Made by a program: the position numbers and the translations under genes | DNA from: Clostridia bacterium | GTDB taxonomy: Bacteria > Bacillota > Clostridia > Christensenellales > DTU072 | Length of the DNA: 64,000 bases | Direction: 5' to 3' | Assembly: GCA_035409945.1 (NCBI GenBank) | Contig: DAONQC010000001.1 | Coordinates: 21,571 to 85,570, forward strand | The notes under the pieces: generated by a model | What the model saw: the letters and a program-made list of their open reading frames with translations, nothing else | The model's database searches: none | Told to the model about the DNA's origin: nothing | Shown here: positions 9,650 through 18,666 of the stretch, piece after piece | How the letters are laid out: each line of letters starts with the position of its first letter | Numbering within the stretch: position 1 is the stretch's first letter

Positions 9650-10930
9650 TTAGGGCGTGTATCCAAATACATATTGTTGCATTGTAAGTTCTACATCAAA
9701 TGTATTCGTAGTAGTAATTTGACCAAATATATTATATTGTCTTCGTTCAATTGTAATAATGATTTGGTCACCAACTTTTAAGTCTTTAATAAAATCTCCT
9801 AATGAGTTTGATTTATCGAAAAGGATAGGGGCTCCATCCTTCTTTTTAACTGCATTTATATAATCTCCTACAGCAATTTTGTTTCCATCAGCAGCCTGTT
9901 TGTTATAAACAGCAACAGTTCCAAAAGGATTTAGTTCATTAATTAAATATTCATACGAATTTGTTTGACCTTTTGCAATACGAACTGTTACTCCTAATCT
10001 AACTTTCCCTTCAACATATCCAAGGTGATTGTATTGTTCAGTTCCAGAGGTTCTAATTATGCTATTTGCAACTCTTTGAACATCGTTAATGTGTATTGCA
10101 TAGCCAATACCTTCTACTCCGCTTCCGGTGCTTTTTGCATTAACAATACCTATTAAATTTCCAGCAATATCAAAAAGGGCGCCCCCGGAGTTACCTTGGT
10201 TGACAGCTACATCAATTTGCAGTAAATTCATAGATACACCATCCATATTGATTACTCTTTCTTTTCCGCTTACAATTCCTTTAGTTACACTTCCGCCAAG
10301 TGTTCCTAAGGGATTCCCTATGGCAAAAACATCTTCACCAGTTTTAATATTTTCATCTTTATTTCTACAACTTACGGTTGAATATTTACCCTCAATGGTT
10401 TGTAAATCATTATCTAATATGGTTAGTATAGCTAAATCTTCTTCATCGTCACCTCCGAGGATTTTACACTCAACTTCCGTACCATCGTGAAGAACGGCAG
10501 TAATTTTTGTTTGTTTGTTTGTAGTTAAAGCATAATCAATCACATGGCAGCAAGTAACGAGTACTGGTTTTTTAGTCTCTTCGTCTTTACCATAAAAAAC
10601 AGCGGAGCCTGCTGATTTACTATTTGTTTCGGGATCAGTAACATATAGAGAAACGACAGAGGTTTCCACGCGTTCTACTGTTTCAGGAAAGGTGTAGGCT
10701 CCTTCGGGAAGAGGATTGCCTTCCTTTATCGTAATGTTGTAACTGGCTGGTGGTGCGATTGCAGATGGTTGGTTAGTTGTGTTATTTGACGAATTATCTG
10801 ATGAGTGAGTATTATCAGAGGAAGTATCATCTTTGAGTCCAACAAAAGATGGGCTGCAACCAGAAATGCTTATGATTACGAAAAAAATTAGCAATATGGA
10901 TATAAGAATAATAAAAGTTTTGCGTTTCAT
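9650..10930 (-). CDS. HtrA/DegP-like trypsin-family serine protease with C-terminal PDZ-like region, lipoprotein
   Basis: Lipobox ISISGC, and an S1 catalytic serine context GNSGGALFD. His and Asp contexts are TCCHVI and EEDLAIL. Confidence 0.85.
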   Translation of the reverse strand: MKRKTFIILISILLIFFVIISISGCSPSFVGLKDDTSSDNTHSSDNSSNNTTNQPSAIAPPASYNITIKEGNPLPEGAYTFPETVERVETSVVSLYVTDPETNSKSAGSAVFYGKDEETKKPVLVTCCHVIDYALTTNKQTKITAVLHDGTEVECKILGGDDEEDLAILTILDNDLQTIEGKYSTVSCRNKDENIKTGEDVFAIGNPLGTLGGSVTKGIVSGKERVINMDGVSMNLLQIDVAVNQGNSGGALFDIAGNLIGIVNAKSTGSGVEGIGYAIHINDVQRVANSIIRTSGTEQYNHLGYVEGKVRLGVTVRIAKGQTNSYEYLINELNPFGTVAVYNKQAADGNKIAVGDYINAVKKKDGAPILFDKSNSLGDFIKDLKVGDQIIITIERRQYNIFGQITTTNTFDVELTMQQYVFGYTP

Positions 10931-11041
10931 TTTTTCTCCTAATTTGTAATTTTACAAAGTCTAACACATCATAGTGAAAATAACGTGAAGTTTATATGCT
11001 CTTCTGTTTACTTTCTTACATAATTATAATACAATTTACCC

Positions 11042-12085
11042 ATGAATAGAACAAAAAAAGTGGTATTAAAAGATATTGATGCGTTAGTGATATCAAGTCC
11101 ATCTAATTTGTTTTACTTTACTGGGTATACTAATGTTGACGCGGTTCTCATAATTTCCCACAATGAGAGTTATTATATTTCTGATAGCAGAGTTGCTGAG
11201 GAGTTCGGAGAGTTTTGTCCAGGTGTGCAATTTGTACAAATTGGAAACGGTAAAACATATTACGAAAAAGCAATTGACGTACTAAAAGAGCTTAAAGCAA
11301 AACACATAGGCTATGAAGAGGATGATATGCTTTTCAAAAACTATGTGCTGTTTGATGAATTTTTTGAAATGCTGCGTTTCTCTAACCAAATAGCTATGCT
11401 CAGATCTATTAAAGATGATTTTGAGATTGAACAAATTATTTCAGCACAAAGTATAACGGATACTGTTTTTCACAATGTTTTAAATTACATAAACCCTGGT
11501 ATCACTGAACTGGAGTTAACAAACTATATTAACAGTAATATATTCGCTCTTGGGGGTAGTTTAGCATTTGATACAATTGTTGCATTTGGCAGAAATACTT
11601 CTAAACCTCACGCACATCCAGGTAAGAATATATTACAGACGAAGGATATTGTAACCATTGATTTTGGGGCTAAATTTAATGGTTATTGTTCAGATATGAC
11701 TAGAAGTTTTTGTGTCGGAAAACCATCGGATAGGTATATCAACACCTACAACCTGGTGTTGGAGGCGCAGTGTAATGCTATAAATCAAATGAAGGCAGGA
11801 TTGACAGGCCAAGAAATTGATGCCTTGGCGAGAAATTATTTTCCAAGTAGCATAGCTAAATACTTTACTCACTCTTTGGGGCATTCGTTTGGTATAGATA
11901 TTCACGAACGCCCAAGTTTAAGTCCATTATATACAGGAATTATCAATAAAAACGTTGTAACGAGCGTTGAGCCTGGATTATATTACACTGGTGATTATGG
12001 TGTACGTATAGAGGATATAGTATTAGTCAAAGAGAACGGTGTGCAAAACTTGACAAAATCGCCAAAAAAATTAATAATAATCTAG
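11042..12085 (+). CDS. M24-family Xaa-Pro aminopeptidase
   Basis: Pita-bread metal ligands ([31 protein letters not shown]). Its position upstream of efp matches other Firmicutes. Confidence 0.85.
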   Translation: MNRTKKVVLKDIDALVISSPSNLFYFTGYTNVDAVLIISHNESYYISDSRVAEEFGEFCPGVQFVQIGNGKTYYEKAIDVLKELKAKHIGYEEDDMLFKNYVLFDEFFEMLRFSNQIAMLRSIKDDFEIEQIISAQSITDTVFHNVLNYINPGITELELTNYINSNIFALGGSLAFDTIVAFGRNTSKPHAHPGKNILQTKDIVTIDFGAKFNGYCSDMTRSFCVGKPSDRYINTYNLVLEAQCNAINQMKAGLTGQEIDALARNYFPSSIAKYFTHSLGHSFGIDIHERPSLSPLYTGIINKNVVTSVEPGLYYTGDYGVRIEDIVLVKENGVQNLTKSPKKLIII

Positions 12086-12107
12086 GTTACTGTTAGGAGG
12101 TATAAAA

Positions 12108-12674
12108 ATGGCATATATTACAGCAGGTGATTTTAGAAAAGGTGTTACATTTGAAATAGAAAATGGTTCAGTACAAGTGATTATTGATTTTCAACATGTA
12201 AAACCAGGGAAAGGAGCCGCATTCGTCCGAGCAAAAATGAGAAATGTTATGACGGGTGGTGTTATTGAAAGAACATTTAATCCGAACGAAAAATTTGAAC
12301 TTGCTCATATTGAACGCAAAAAGATGGATTATAGTTACAATGATGGTGATTTGTACTATTTCATGGATACTGAAACCTATGATCTAGTTCCGATGAATAA
12401 AGATTTAGTAGAAGATGCTTTACGTTTTATAAAAGAAGGTTCTCAAGTTGATGTTGCTTTTTACAAGGGCTCAGCATTTTCAGTAGAGCCGGAAAATTTT
12501 GTTGAATTGCAAATTGTAGAATGCGAGCCAGGATTGCCTGGAGCTACTGCGCAACCAGGAACTAAAACCGCGGTTTTAGAAACAGGTTTTTCTATTCAAG
12601 TACCTTTATTTGTTAATGAGGGTGAAGTTGTAAGAGTCGATACGAGAACCGGCGAATATATGTCAAGGGCGTAA
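12108..12674 (+). CDS. efp: Elongation factor P
   Basis: The motif [15 protein letters not shown] is present, the length is 188 aa, and AGGAGG lies upstream. Confidence 0.96.
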   Translation: MAYITAGDFRKGVTFEIENGSVQVIIDFQHVKPGKGAAFVRAKMRNVMTGGVIERTFNPNEKFELAHIERKKMDYSYNDGDLYYFMDTETYDLVPMNKDLVEDALRFIKEGSQVDVAFYKGSAFSVEPENFVELQIVECEPGLPGATAQPGTKTAVLETGFSIQVPLFVNEGEVVRVDTRTGEYMSRA

Positions 12675-12796
12675 TAAAAAAATAGTTTAGTTTTAAGTTA
12701 TTGATTTGCATTATAAATATTCTTACTTTTCGTATGTTAGGTTTTATAGTTTGAATAAGTTAATTGAAGGAATTCTTGTAAGAATATTATGATATA

Positions 12797-13111
12797 ATGA
12801 GAGCTATGATTAAAATGTCAGAAACAAATTTAGAATTTCGATTAAAGGAACTTATTGAATTAGAAGTTAACAAGGCTATTTCAATGATAGAAGGGGCTGA
12901 GTTAGCGACCAGTTCTGAAGTTAAGAGTGCTGTTGAGATCTTTTTTCTTAATCATATTATCGATATTACAGTTAATGTTGATATGGATTATGGTAGTGTT
13001 ATTACCGATTTGAGTTGCAGTTTACAAGAAAAAATAAAATTATTAATAGAGAAAAATACTAAATTTAATCTTAGGAAAATTAATGTAATTGTACATGACG
13101 TTGTTTTATGA
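12797..13111 (+). CDS. Asp23/Gls24-family (alkaline shock) protein
   Basis: About 100 aa, positioned just before nusB as in Bacillus yqhY. Sequence similarity is weak and read from memory. The start is ambiguous (ATG at 12797, 12806 or 12815). Confidence 0.5.
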   Translation: MRAMIKMSETNLEFRLKELIELEVNKAISMIEGAELATSSEVKSAVEIFFLNHIIDITVNVDMDYGSVITDLSCSLQEKIKLLIEKNTKFNLRKINVIVHDVVL

Positions 13112-13521
13112 GCATAACTACAAGAAGAAAGGCACGAGATAGTGTTTATAAGTTGGTTTTTGAATACTTGTTTACTAATAAAATAAATCAAAAATTATTA
13201 GAGACCACTTATATTGTTAATTTACCAAAAGAAGATGTTGAGTACACACAAACTGTTTATTTTGGAGTAATAGAAAGATTTCAAGATCTTAAGATATATG
13301 TTGAAAAATATGCAGAAGGGTTTGTTTTTGAAAGAATTTATAAAACAGATTTAGCTGCAATCTTAATAGCGACTTATGAAATCATATATATGAAGGATAT
13401 ACCTAACAATGTTGCTATAGCAGAAGCTATAGAGTTAGTTAAAAAGTATTCTACTCCTAAAAGCGGTTCTTTTGTTAATGGGGTTTTAAGTGCTATTAAC
13501 AAAGATGTTTCAAAGGGATGA
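13108..13521 (+). CDS. nusB: Transcription antitermination factor NusB
   Basis: Starts with RRKARDSVYKLVFEY and has AIAEAIELVKKYS....FVNGVL near the C-terminus. Confidence 0.9.
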   Translation: MSITTRRKARDSVYKLVFEYLFTNKINQKLLETTYIVNLPKEDVEYTQTVYFGVIERFQDLKIYVEKYAEGFVFERIYKTDLAAILIATYEIIYMKDIPNNVAIAEAIELVKKYSTPKSGSFVNGVLSAINKDVSKG

Positions 13522-13522
13522 T

Positions 13523-14713
13523 ATGGATTCAAATTACTTAACAGTTTCCGAACTTAATTCATATTTAAAGCTAAAAATTGAAGATGATCGTTTGTTGTGG
13601 GAAGTAAATGTTAAAGGAGAAGTGACTGGTGTTCGCATCCACAAGCGTAATTGTTACTTCACTTTAAAAGATGAATTAGCTCAACTTCAAATGATTTGTT
13701 TTAATGGAGTAGTTTGTGATATCCCGAAAGAAGGGGATTATGTACTTGTTACCGGAAGGGTATCGTTTTATGAAAAAAATGGGAACATATCATTTATCGT
13801 TAAAAAAATAGAGCCTTTCGGCAAGGGGAAAATTAATCAAAACATAGAGCTTCTAAGAGAGCAATTATTCAAAGAAGGTTTATTTGACGCTAAAAGAAAA
13901 AAAACACCACCAATATTACCTCGTAAGATTGGAGTTATAACAAGTAAAGATGGTGCTGTTATACAAGATATTTATAGTACGATTAGGAAGTCAAACAGTT
14001 TCATAGATGTTTATGCTATAAATGTGTCGGTTCAAGGAACTAGTGCCGTTAAAGAAATAACCTATGCCCTAAAAAAAGCCGATGATAGTAATATGTTTGA
14101 TGTAATCATTTTGGCAAGAGGAGGAGGGTCTGCAGAAGATTTGATGGCATTTAATACTGAAGATGTAGTCCGTGCTTTAGCGAATTTAAAAACATTCTCT
14201 ATATCCGCAATTGGACATGAAACCGATAATACTTTATGTGATTACGTGGCAGATGAAAGGTGCTTAACGCCTACGGCTGCGGGCGAGTTTGTTTCTAGAT
14301 TGAGCAATAATACAGTAGAATTAGTTTATTCTTCTTTATTAAACATTGATACATATTTAAATAATCTTATTTTAAAGTACAATCATAAGATTTATGTGCG
14401 ATCTAAAGACTTAATATTTAGCTATCATAATAGGATAGATAATTATGCAAATAGAATAATACAAGCTAGTTCTTCTATGGGCACAAAAGCTGATAAGAAA
14501 TTATCATTAATAGAAACAGCGTTAACTTCAACAATTTCTACATTAAAAGCAATAGACCCTAATAAATTGTTCGAAAATGGTTATTTTAAAATTATGAAAG
14601 ACAATAAAAATATAAATACAGTTAAAACACTTAATGCCCAAGACGATATTAAAATTTTTGGTAAAGATGGTGTTGCGTACGCTACAATAAATAAAACAAT
14701 CGTAAAACAATAA
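13523..14713 (+). CDS. xseA: Exodeoxyribonuclease VII large subunit
   Basis: N-terminal OB-fold LTVSELNSYLK, plus the IGVITS..GAVIQDI and ILARGGGS.EDL motifs. ATG 13523 is preferred to the upstream in-frame start. Confidence 0.92.
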   Translation: MDSNYLTVSELNSYLKLKIEDDRLLWEVNVKGEVTGVRIHKRNCYFTLKDELAQLQMICFNGVVCDIPKEGDYVLVTGRVSFYEKNGNISFIVKKIEPFGKGKINQNIELLREQLFKEGLFDAKRKKTPPILPRKIGVITSKDGAVIQDIYSTIRKSNSFIDVYAINVSVQGTSAVKEITYALKKADDSNMFDVIILARGGGSAEDLMAFNTEDVVRALANLKTFSISAIGHETDNTLCDYVADERCLTPTAAGEFVSRLSNNTVELVYSSLLNIDTYLNNLILKYNHKIYVRSKDLIFSYHNRIDNYANRIIQASSSMGTKADKKLSLIETALTSTISTLKAIDPNKLFENGYFKIMKDNKNINTVKTLNAQDDIKIFGKDGVAYATINKTIVKQ

Positions 14714-14756
14714 TAGATGATTGTAATTAGTTTATAAACAGTTGGAGGATGTGATT

Positions 14757-14963
14757 ATGTCTTTGGAAGATAATATTAAAAAACTTGAGGAAATCGTAAA
14801 AAAGATTGATTCCCAAAATATCAATATAGAAGAAAGCCTTGAATTATATGAAGAGGCAATTAATCTATCTAAACTGTGTTTAAGTGGTGTAAAAAAATAT
14901 AAAGGAAAACTTGTTGCATTAACAAAAGAATTAGAAGAAATTACTCAAGACGGTGAAAGGTGA
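14757..14963 (+). CDS. xseB: Exodeoxyribonuclease VII small subunit
   Basis: About 68 aa with LEDNIKKLEEIVKKI....I.IEESLELYEE. GGAGGA lies upstream of ATG 14757. Confidence 0.9.
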   Translation: MSLEDNIKKLEEIVKKIDSQNINIEESLELYEEAINLSKLCLSGVKKYKGKLVALTKELEEITQDGER

Positions 14964-15778
14964 ATATTTACATAGATAAACTAATAGAAAAGATAGATAT
15001 TGCATTAAAAGACATCCTTAACGGTTACAGGGGTATTATTCCTGATGCTTTGTATGAAGGTATGATATATGCTTGTTTCGGAGGGGGAAAGAGAATTAGA
15101 CCTGTTTTAGCACTTGTGACTTTTGAATCAATGCTAGCCCCTTTAACAGACGAACTTGTGTCTTACGCAATAGCACTTGAAATGATCCATAGTTATTCTC
15201 TTGTACATGACGATCTGCCCGGTATGGACAATGATTTAATGCGGAGAGGGAAACCTACTGTCCATGTAAAATTCGGGCAAGGTATGGCTATACTTATTGG
15301 TGATGCACTACTAAATACAGCATATGAAATAATGAATGGAGCAATAAAGGATGCAAGGAGCTCAAAGGCTTGTTCGTACATAATGAAAAAAGCTGGAGTA
15401 TGCGGAATGATTGCAGGACAAGCTAAAGACATAACATATAGAGATGAGCCTATAGAAGAAATATTAAAAATATACGAATATAAAACATCAGCATTATTTC
15501 AAGCAGCTATCGTAACTCCAGCCATTTTACTGGGGAAAAACAAAACCGAACTGGAATTACTAGAAGAATTAGGGAAAAATTTGGGGCTAATATTTCAATT
15601 TAAAGATGATTTATCTGATATTAATAGATGTAATGAGAAGTTAAATACGGCAAAACTATCAAATAAAAAAACAATTGAAAGTTTAATTATGGAACACAGA
15701 CATAATGGCGAATTGCTACTTGAGAAATTAAACCTAAATAATACTAATTTGCATAAAATTATAAATATATACTTTTAA
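14960..15778 (+). CDS. ispA: Polyprenyl (farnesyl/geranylgeranyl) diphosphate synthase
   Basis: First and second Asp-rich motifs are LVHDDLPGMDND and FQFKDDLSD. GTG start overlaps the xseB stop. Confidence 0.9.
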   Translation: MNIYIDKLIEKIDIALKDILNGYRGIIPDALYEGMIYACFGGGKRIRPVLALVTFESMLAPLTDELVSYAIALEMIHSYSLVHDDLPGMDNDLMRRGKPTVHVKFGQGMAILIGDALLNTAYEIMNGAIKDARSSKACSYIMKKAGVCGMIAGQAKDITYRDEPIEEILKIYEYKTSALFQAAIVTPAILLGKNKTELELLEELGKNLGLIFQFKDDLSDINRCNEKLNTAKLSNKKTIESLIMEHRHNGELLLEKLNLNNTNLHKIINIYF

Positions 15779-15810
15779 GCCTATATTCATTTAAAAGTTA
15801 TAATATAGGC
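15779..15810 (+). terminator. Hairpin immediately after ispA (weak terminator or attenuator)
   Basis: GCCTATATT (15779-15787) pairs with AATATAGGC (15802-15810). Only a weak T-tract follows. Confidence 0.35.
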
Positions 15811-15888
15811 CATTTAACTTCGTTTAATTGGGATTGTATATGTAATGTAAAATTTCACGTACAGCCTCGTTGTGTCGAAGTATGTTAT

Positions 15889-15917
15889 TTGCGTTAAATA
15901 TAGTGCTATGATATAAT
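15889..15917 (+). promoter_or_regulatory. Sigma-70-type promoter for the OLE-like RNA
   Basis: TTGCGT (15889-15894), a 17-nt spacer, then an extended -10 TGaTATAAT (15909-15917). Confidence 0.65.
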
Positions 15918-15922
15918 TAATC

Positions 15923-16495
15923 AAATGGTGGTACAGTATTCTAGTCAGATACGGTACGAGCAAAGGCGGGGTTAAAATACCGTCAAAGAGCATATCGATG
16001 AAGTTTCTTGTGTTAGCTTAGATTGCCCAAATCTGGGTTGATGCTGGGAGTTAAGATTTTTGGGCGTTCGGCAAAGGCATGTCGAAGCCGTCCCAATTAT
16101 CGTGGAGACCTATCTCGGCGGAACAACAGTTCTTCTGAATAGGATTAAACCTGTAATGCGGTAACCAATATCTGTGTACAGTGTAGCTTGCCTTGAGTGA
16201 ATTAATGAGGAATAAGGTTTCGGGTTTCTATAAACACGCGAGTTTTTAGTAACCTTTGCTTATGAAACTTAGTTTGCAAAAGAGGATAGTTCGTATCCAT
16301 TCTGTTAAAGAAATTTTCTAGACTGTTTTAAATTAAGGATTATGGTGTGTTCTTAGTGGCGATTCGGTTATACTGTGAGCAATCCTGTATTGTTTGACTT
16401 AAAAGGAAACTGCTTGTACGGCGACGACGAGTATCAAATAGGGAAATCCTACCGAACCTGATGACGCAAGGTTTACTTAATTTAAGCCACCATTT
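15923..16495 (+). ncRNA. ole: OLE (ornate, large, extremophilic) RNA candidate
   Basis: About 570 nt with no sense ORF, G+C-enriched relative to other intergenic DNA. The terminal helix is AAATGGTGG / CCACCATTT, and several internal helices are present. The synteny xseA-xseB-ispA-[RNA]-4TM protein-nadK-argR-recN matches the published OLE locus. Boundaries are approximate. Confidence 0.8.
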
Positions 16496-16564
16496 ATTAT
16501 ATATTAATAATATCGTTTTACGTGGGGTTTTATCTTGAAAATTCAAAAAGGCAGAGAAAATAAA

Positions 16565-17266
16565 ATGCCATTAGATGCACTGAAATTAGAGGAAGAAGGT
16601 GGGGTACCGAAACGAGTTAATGATTTAGGAACGTCATCGCTCAATCAAGTTGATGAGAATAATGTTAGTTTAACAAAACAAAGACAAAAAAAAGATAAAA
16701 AGTCTATTAAAAAGAAGAGTAGCACTATTAAGTGGACAATTAAAATTACAGTAATAACATTAATTTTAGCTTTAATTTTTTCTTTTGCTTCTGAATATGC
16801 TGGTTTATTACATTATTCCGTGTCAATTATCTTACTAATATTACTCATGGCTATTAGTATTGTTTGCGATGCGATTGGAGTTGCGGTTACTTCTTGCGAC
16901 CCCGAACCTATTCATGCAATGGCGAGTAGAAAAGAACCAGCAAGCCGGCAGGCACTATTATTAGTTAGTAATGCAGAAAAGGTATCAAATATATGTTGTG
17001 ATGTCATAGGAGATATTTGTGGTATTGTTAGTGGAGCTTGTCTAATTATTATAATTACCAAAATGACAGTGAATTTAGAGCCTACTATACAATTAGTTTC
17101 GAATATAGTTTTTTCTAGTATTGTCGCTGCAATTACAGTGGGGGGGAAAGCATTAATGAAAGATGTTGCTGTGAATAAATCTAAAAATCTAGTAATGATT
17201 ACTGCTAAATTAATGTCGATTTTTTACAAGCCAAGAGATAATTCTAAACGGAGAAAAAGAAAATAG
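16565..17266 (+). CDS. oapA: OLE-associated membrane protein OapA candidate (4 TM helices)
   Basis: Four hydrophobic helices and a DVIGD (DxxxD) motif in helix 3. It has a Lys-rich N-terminal extension and a basic C-tail, and sits immediately downstream of the RNA. The start is uncertain (TTG 16535 or ATG 16565). Confidence 0.7.
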   Translation: MPLDALKLEEEGGVPKRVNDLGTSSLNQVDENNVSLTKQRQKKDKKSIKKKSSTIKWTIKITVITLILALIFSFASEYAGLLHYSVSIILLILLMAISIVCDAIGVAVTSCDPEPIHAMASRKEPASRQALLLVSNAEKVSNICCDVIGDICGIVSGACLIIIITKMTVNLEPTIQLVSNIVFSSIVAAITVGGKALMKDVAVNKSKNLVMITAKLMSIFYKPRDNSKRRKRK

Positions 17267-17373
17267 AGATTAAATAATCTTGTTTTAAGTTAATATGCTA
17301 TATATAATTAAAACTATGGTCGGTATTTAATATAACTTCTACGAATAATAGTATGAGGGTGAATATAAAGTAG

Positions 17374-18216
17374 ATGAAAATAGGTATATACACAAATCTT
17401 AATAGAGATCCCGATGGCGCTTCTACAAAAAACTTGTTTACTTTGTTGCAAAAGAGGGTAGATTGCGAGGTTTTTTTATCGGAAGAATTAATGCAATTAA
17501 ATCTCAATGCGACGTATCTAAGTAGAGAATCTCTTGCCAAACTGAGTGATATTGTTGTTGTAATGGGTGGTGACGGCACCATTCTTAGGATTGCCCGGGA
17601 GTGTGCCCTTCACAATGCGTTAATTTATGCAATTAATCTAGGTAGTAAAGGTTTTCTTTCAGAGTCTGAAAACAATGGACTACAATCTCAAGTTGATTTT
17701 TTGCTCTCCAAAAAGTATGCTATTGATGAGAGGCGTTTATTAGAGGTTAAATCACGCAAAGAAACTTTCTTTGCCTTGAATGAAGTAGTATTAGCTCGCG
17801 GAGAAAAAGTTAAAACTATTAAATGTGAAATCCGGCAGAATGATGAACTTATGGATAGATATGTTGCTGACGGGGTTATTATAAGTACTCCGACGGGAAC
17901 TACGGCGTATAATCTTTCTGCAGGTGGACCAATAGTCGCTCCAGATGTGCGAGCTTTAATTGTTACGCCTATTTCTGCGCATTCATTACATTCGAAACCA
18001 GTAGTTGTGAGTGATAAAAATATAATTAATATATCTTTATTAACAGTTGATACTTGTGCGCATTTAAGTATAGATGGAGAAGATGTAATGCATTTAGTAG
18101 AAGGAGACTCCTTTTGTGTAAAAACATCGAATCTAGTAGCTCGATTCATTAGGCAGAGTAATTATAGTTTTTTTGAAAGATTATTATATAAATTTAGGAA
18201 GTGGAGTGAGTTTTAA
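17374..18216 (+). CDS. nadK: NAD kinase
   Basis: GGDGTILR motif and the TPTGTTAYNLSAGGPI motif. Confidence 0.93.
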   Translation: MKIGIYTNLNRDPDGASTKNLFTLLQKRVDCEVFLSEELMQLNLNATYLSRESLAKLSDIVVVMGGDGTILRIARECALHNALIYAINLGSKGFLSESENNGLQSQVDFLLSKKYAIDERRLLEVKSRKETFFALNEVVLARGEKVKTIKCEIRQNDELMDRYVADGVIISTPTGTTAYNLSAGGPIVAPDVRALIVTPISAHSLHSKPVVVSDKNIINISLLTVDTCAHLSIDGEDVMHLVEGDSFCVKTSNLVARFIRQSNYSFFERLLYKFRKWSEF

Positions 18217-18218
18217 GA

Positions 18219-18662
18219 ATGCAAAGAAATAAAAGACAAGAAAAAATATTATATATTATTGACACTGAAAATATAGAAAATCAGCAACAGTTAACGGATA
18301 TTTTGAATAAAGAAGGGTTTAAAATTACGCAGGCAACAGTTTCTCGCGATATTAAAGAACTTGGCTTATCTAAGAGAAAAGGACCAGACGGTATTGCGTG
18401 CTATAAAAGGCCATTAGACCCTAAACTTAGTAAACTCAAAACGTTATTTCATCAATCTGTGACGAAGATTGATTATACTCAAAATATCATTATTATCAAG
18501 ACATTAAGTGGGAGCGCAAATTCAGCTTGTGCTTTAATTGATAAACTCAATCATCCATATATAGTAGGGACAATTGCGGGAGATGACACTATTATGATAG
18601 TCGTTCGCTCTTCAGAATTTGTACCTATCGTACTTAAGTTATTAGAGAGTTATAGGGATTAA
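18219..18662 (+). CDS. argR: Arginine repressor
   Basis: N-terminal wHTH with ITQATVSRDIKELGL, and C-terminal GTIAGDDTIMIV. Confidence 0.92.
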   Translation: MQRNKRQEKILYIIDTENIENQQQLTDILNKEGFKITQATVSRDIKELGLSKRKGPDGIACYKRPLDPKLSKLKTLFHQSVTKIDYTQNIIIIKTLSGSANSACALIDKLNHPYIVGTIAGDDTIMIVVRSSEFVPIVLKLLESYRD

Positions 18663-18666
18663 CATT

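Noticed and set aside
10943-10958. Palindrome TTTGTAA-tt-TTACAAA immediately upstream of the RBS of the HtrA-like protease gene
   Set aside because: It could be an operator, but it is short and made entirely of A/T-rich sequence, so it is likely to occur by chance in this genome. It matches no operator consensus I know (for example it is not CIRCE).
16340-16546. 68-aa ORF on the - strand between ispA and oapA
   Set aside because: It lies antisense within the OLE-like RNA. It has no RBS, and its basic, low-complexity product is typical of chance ORFs.
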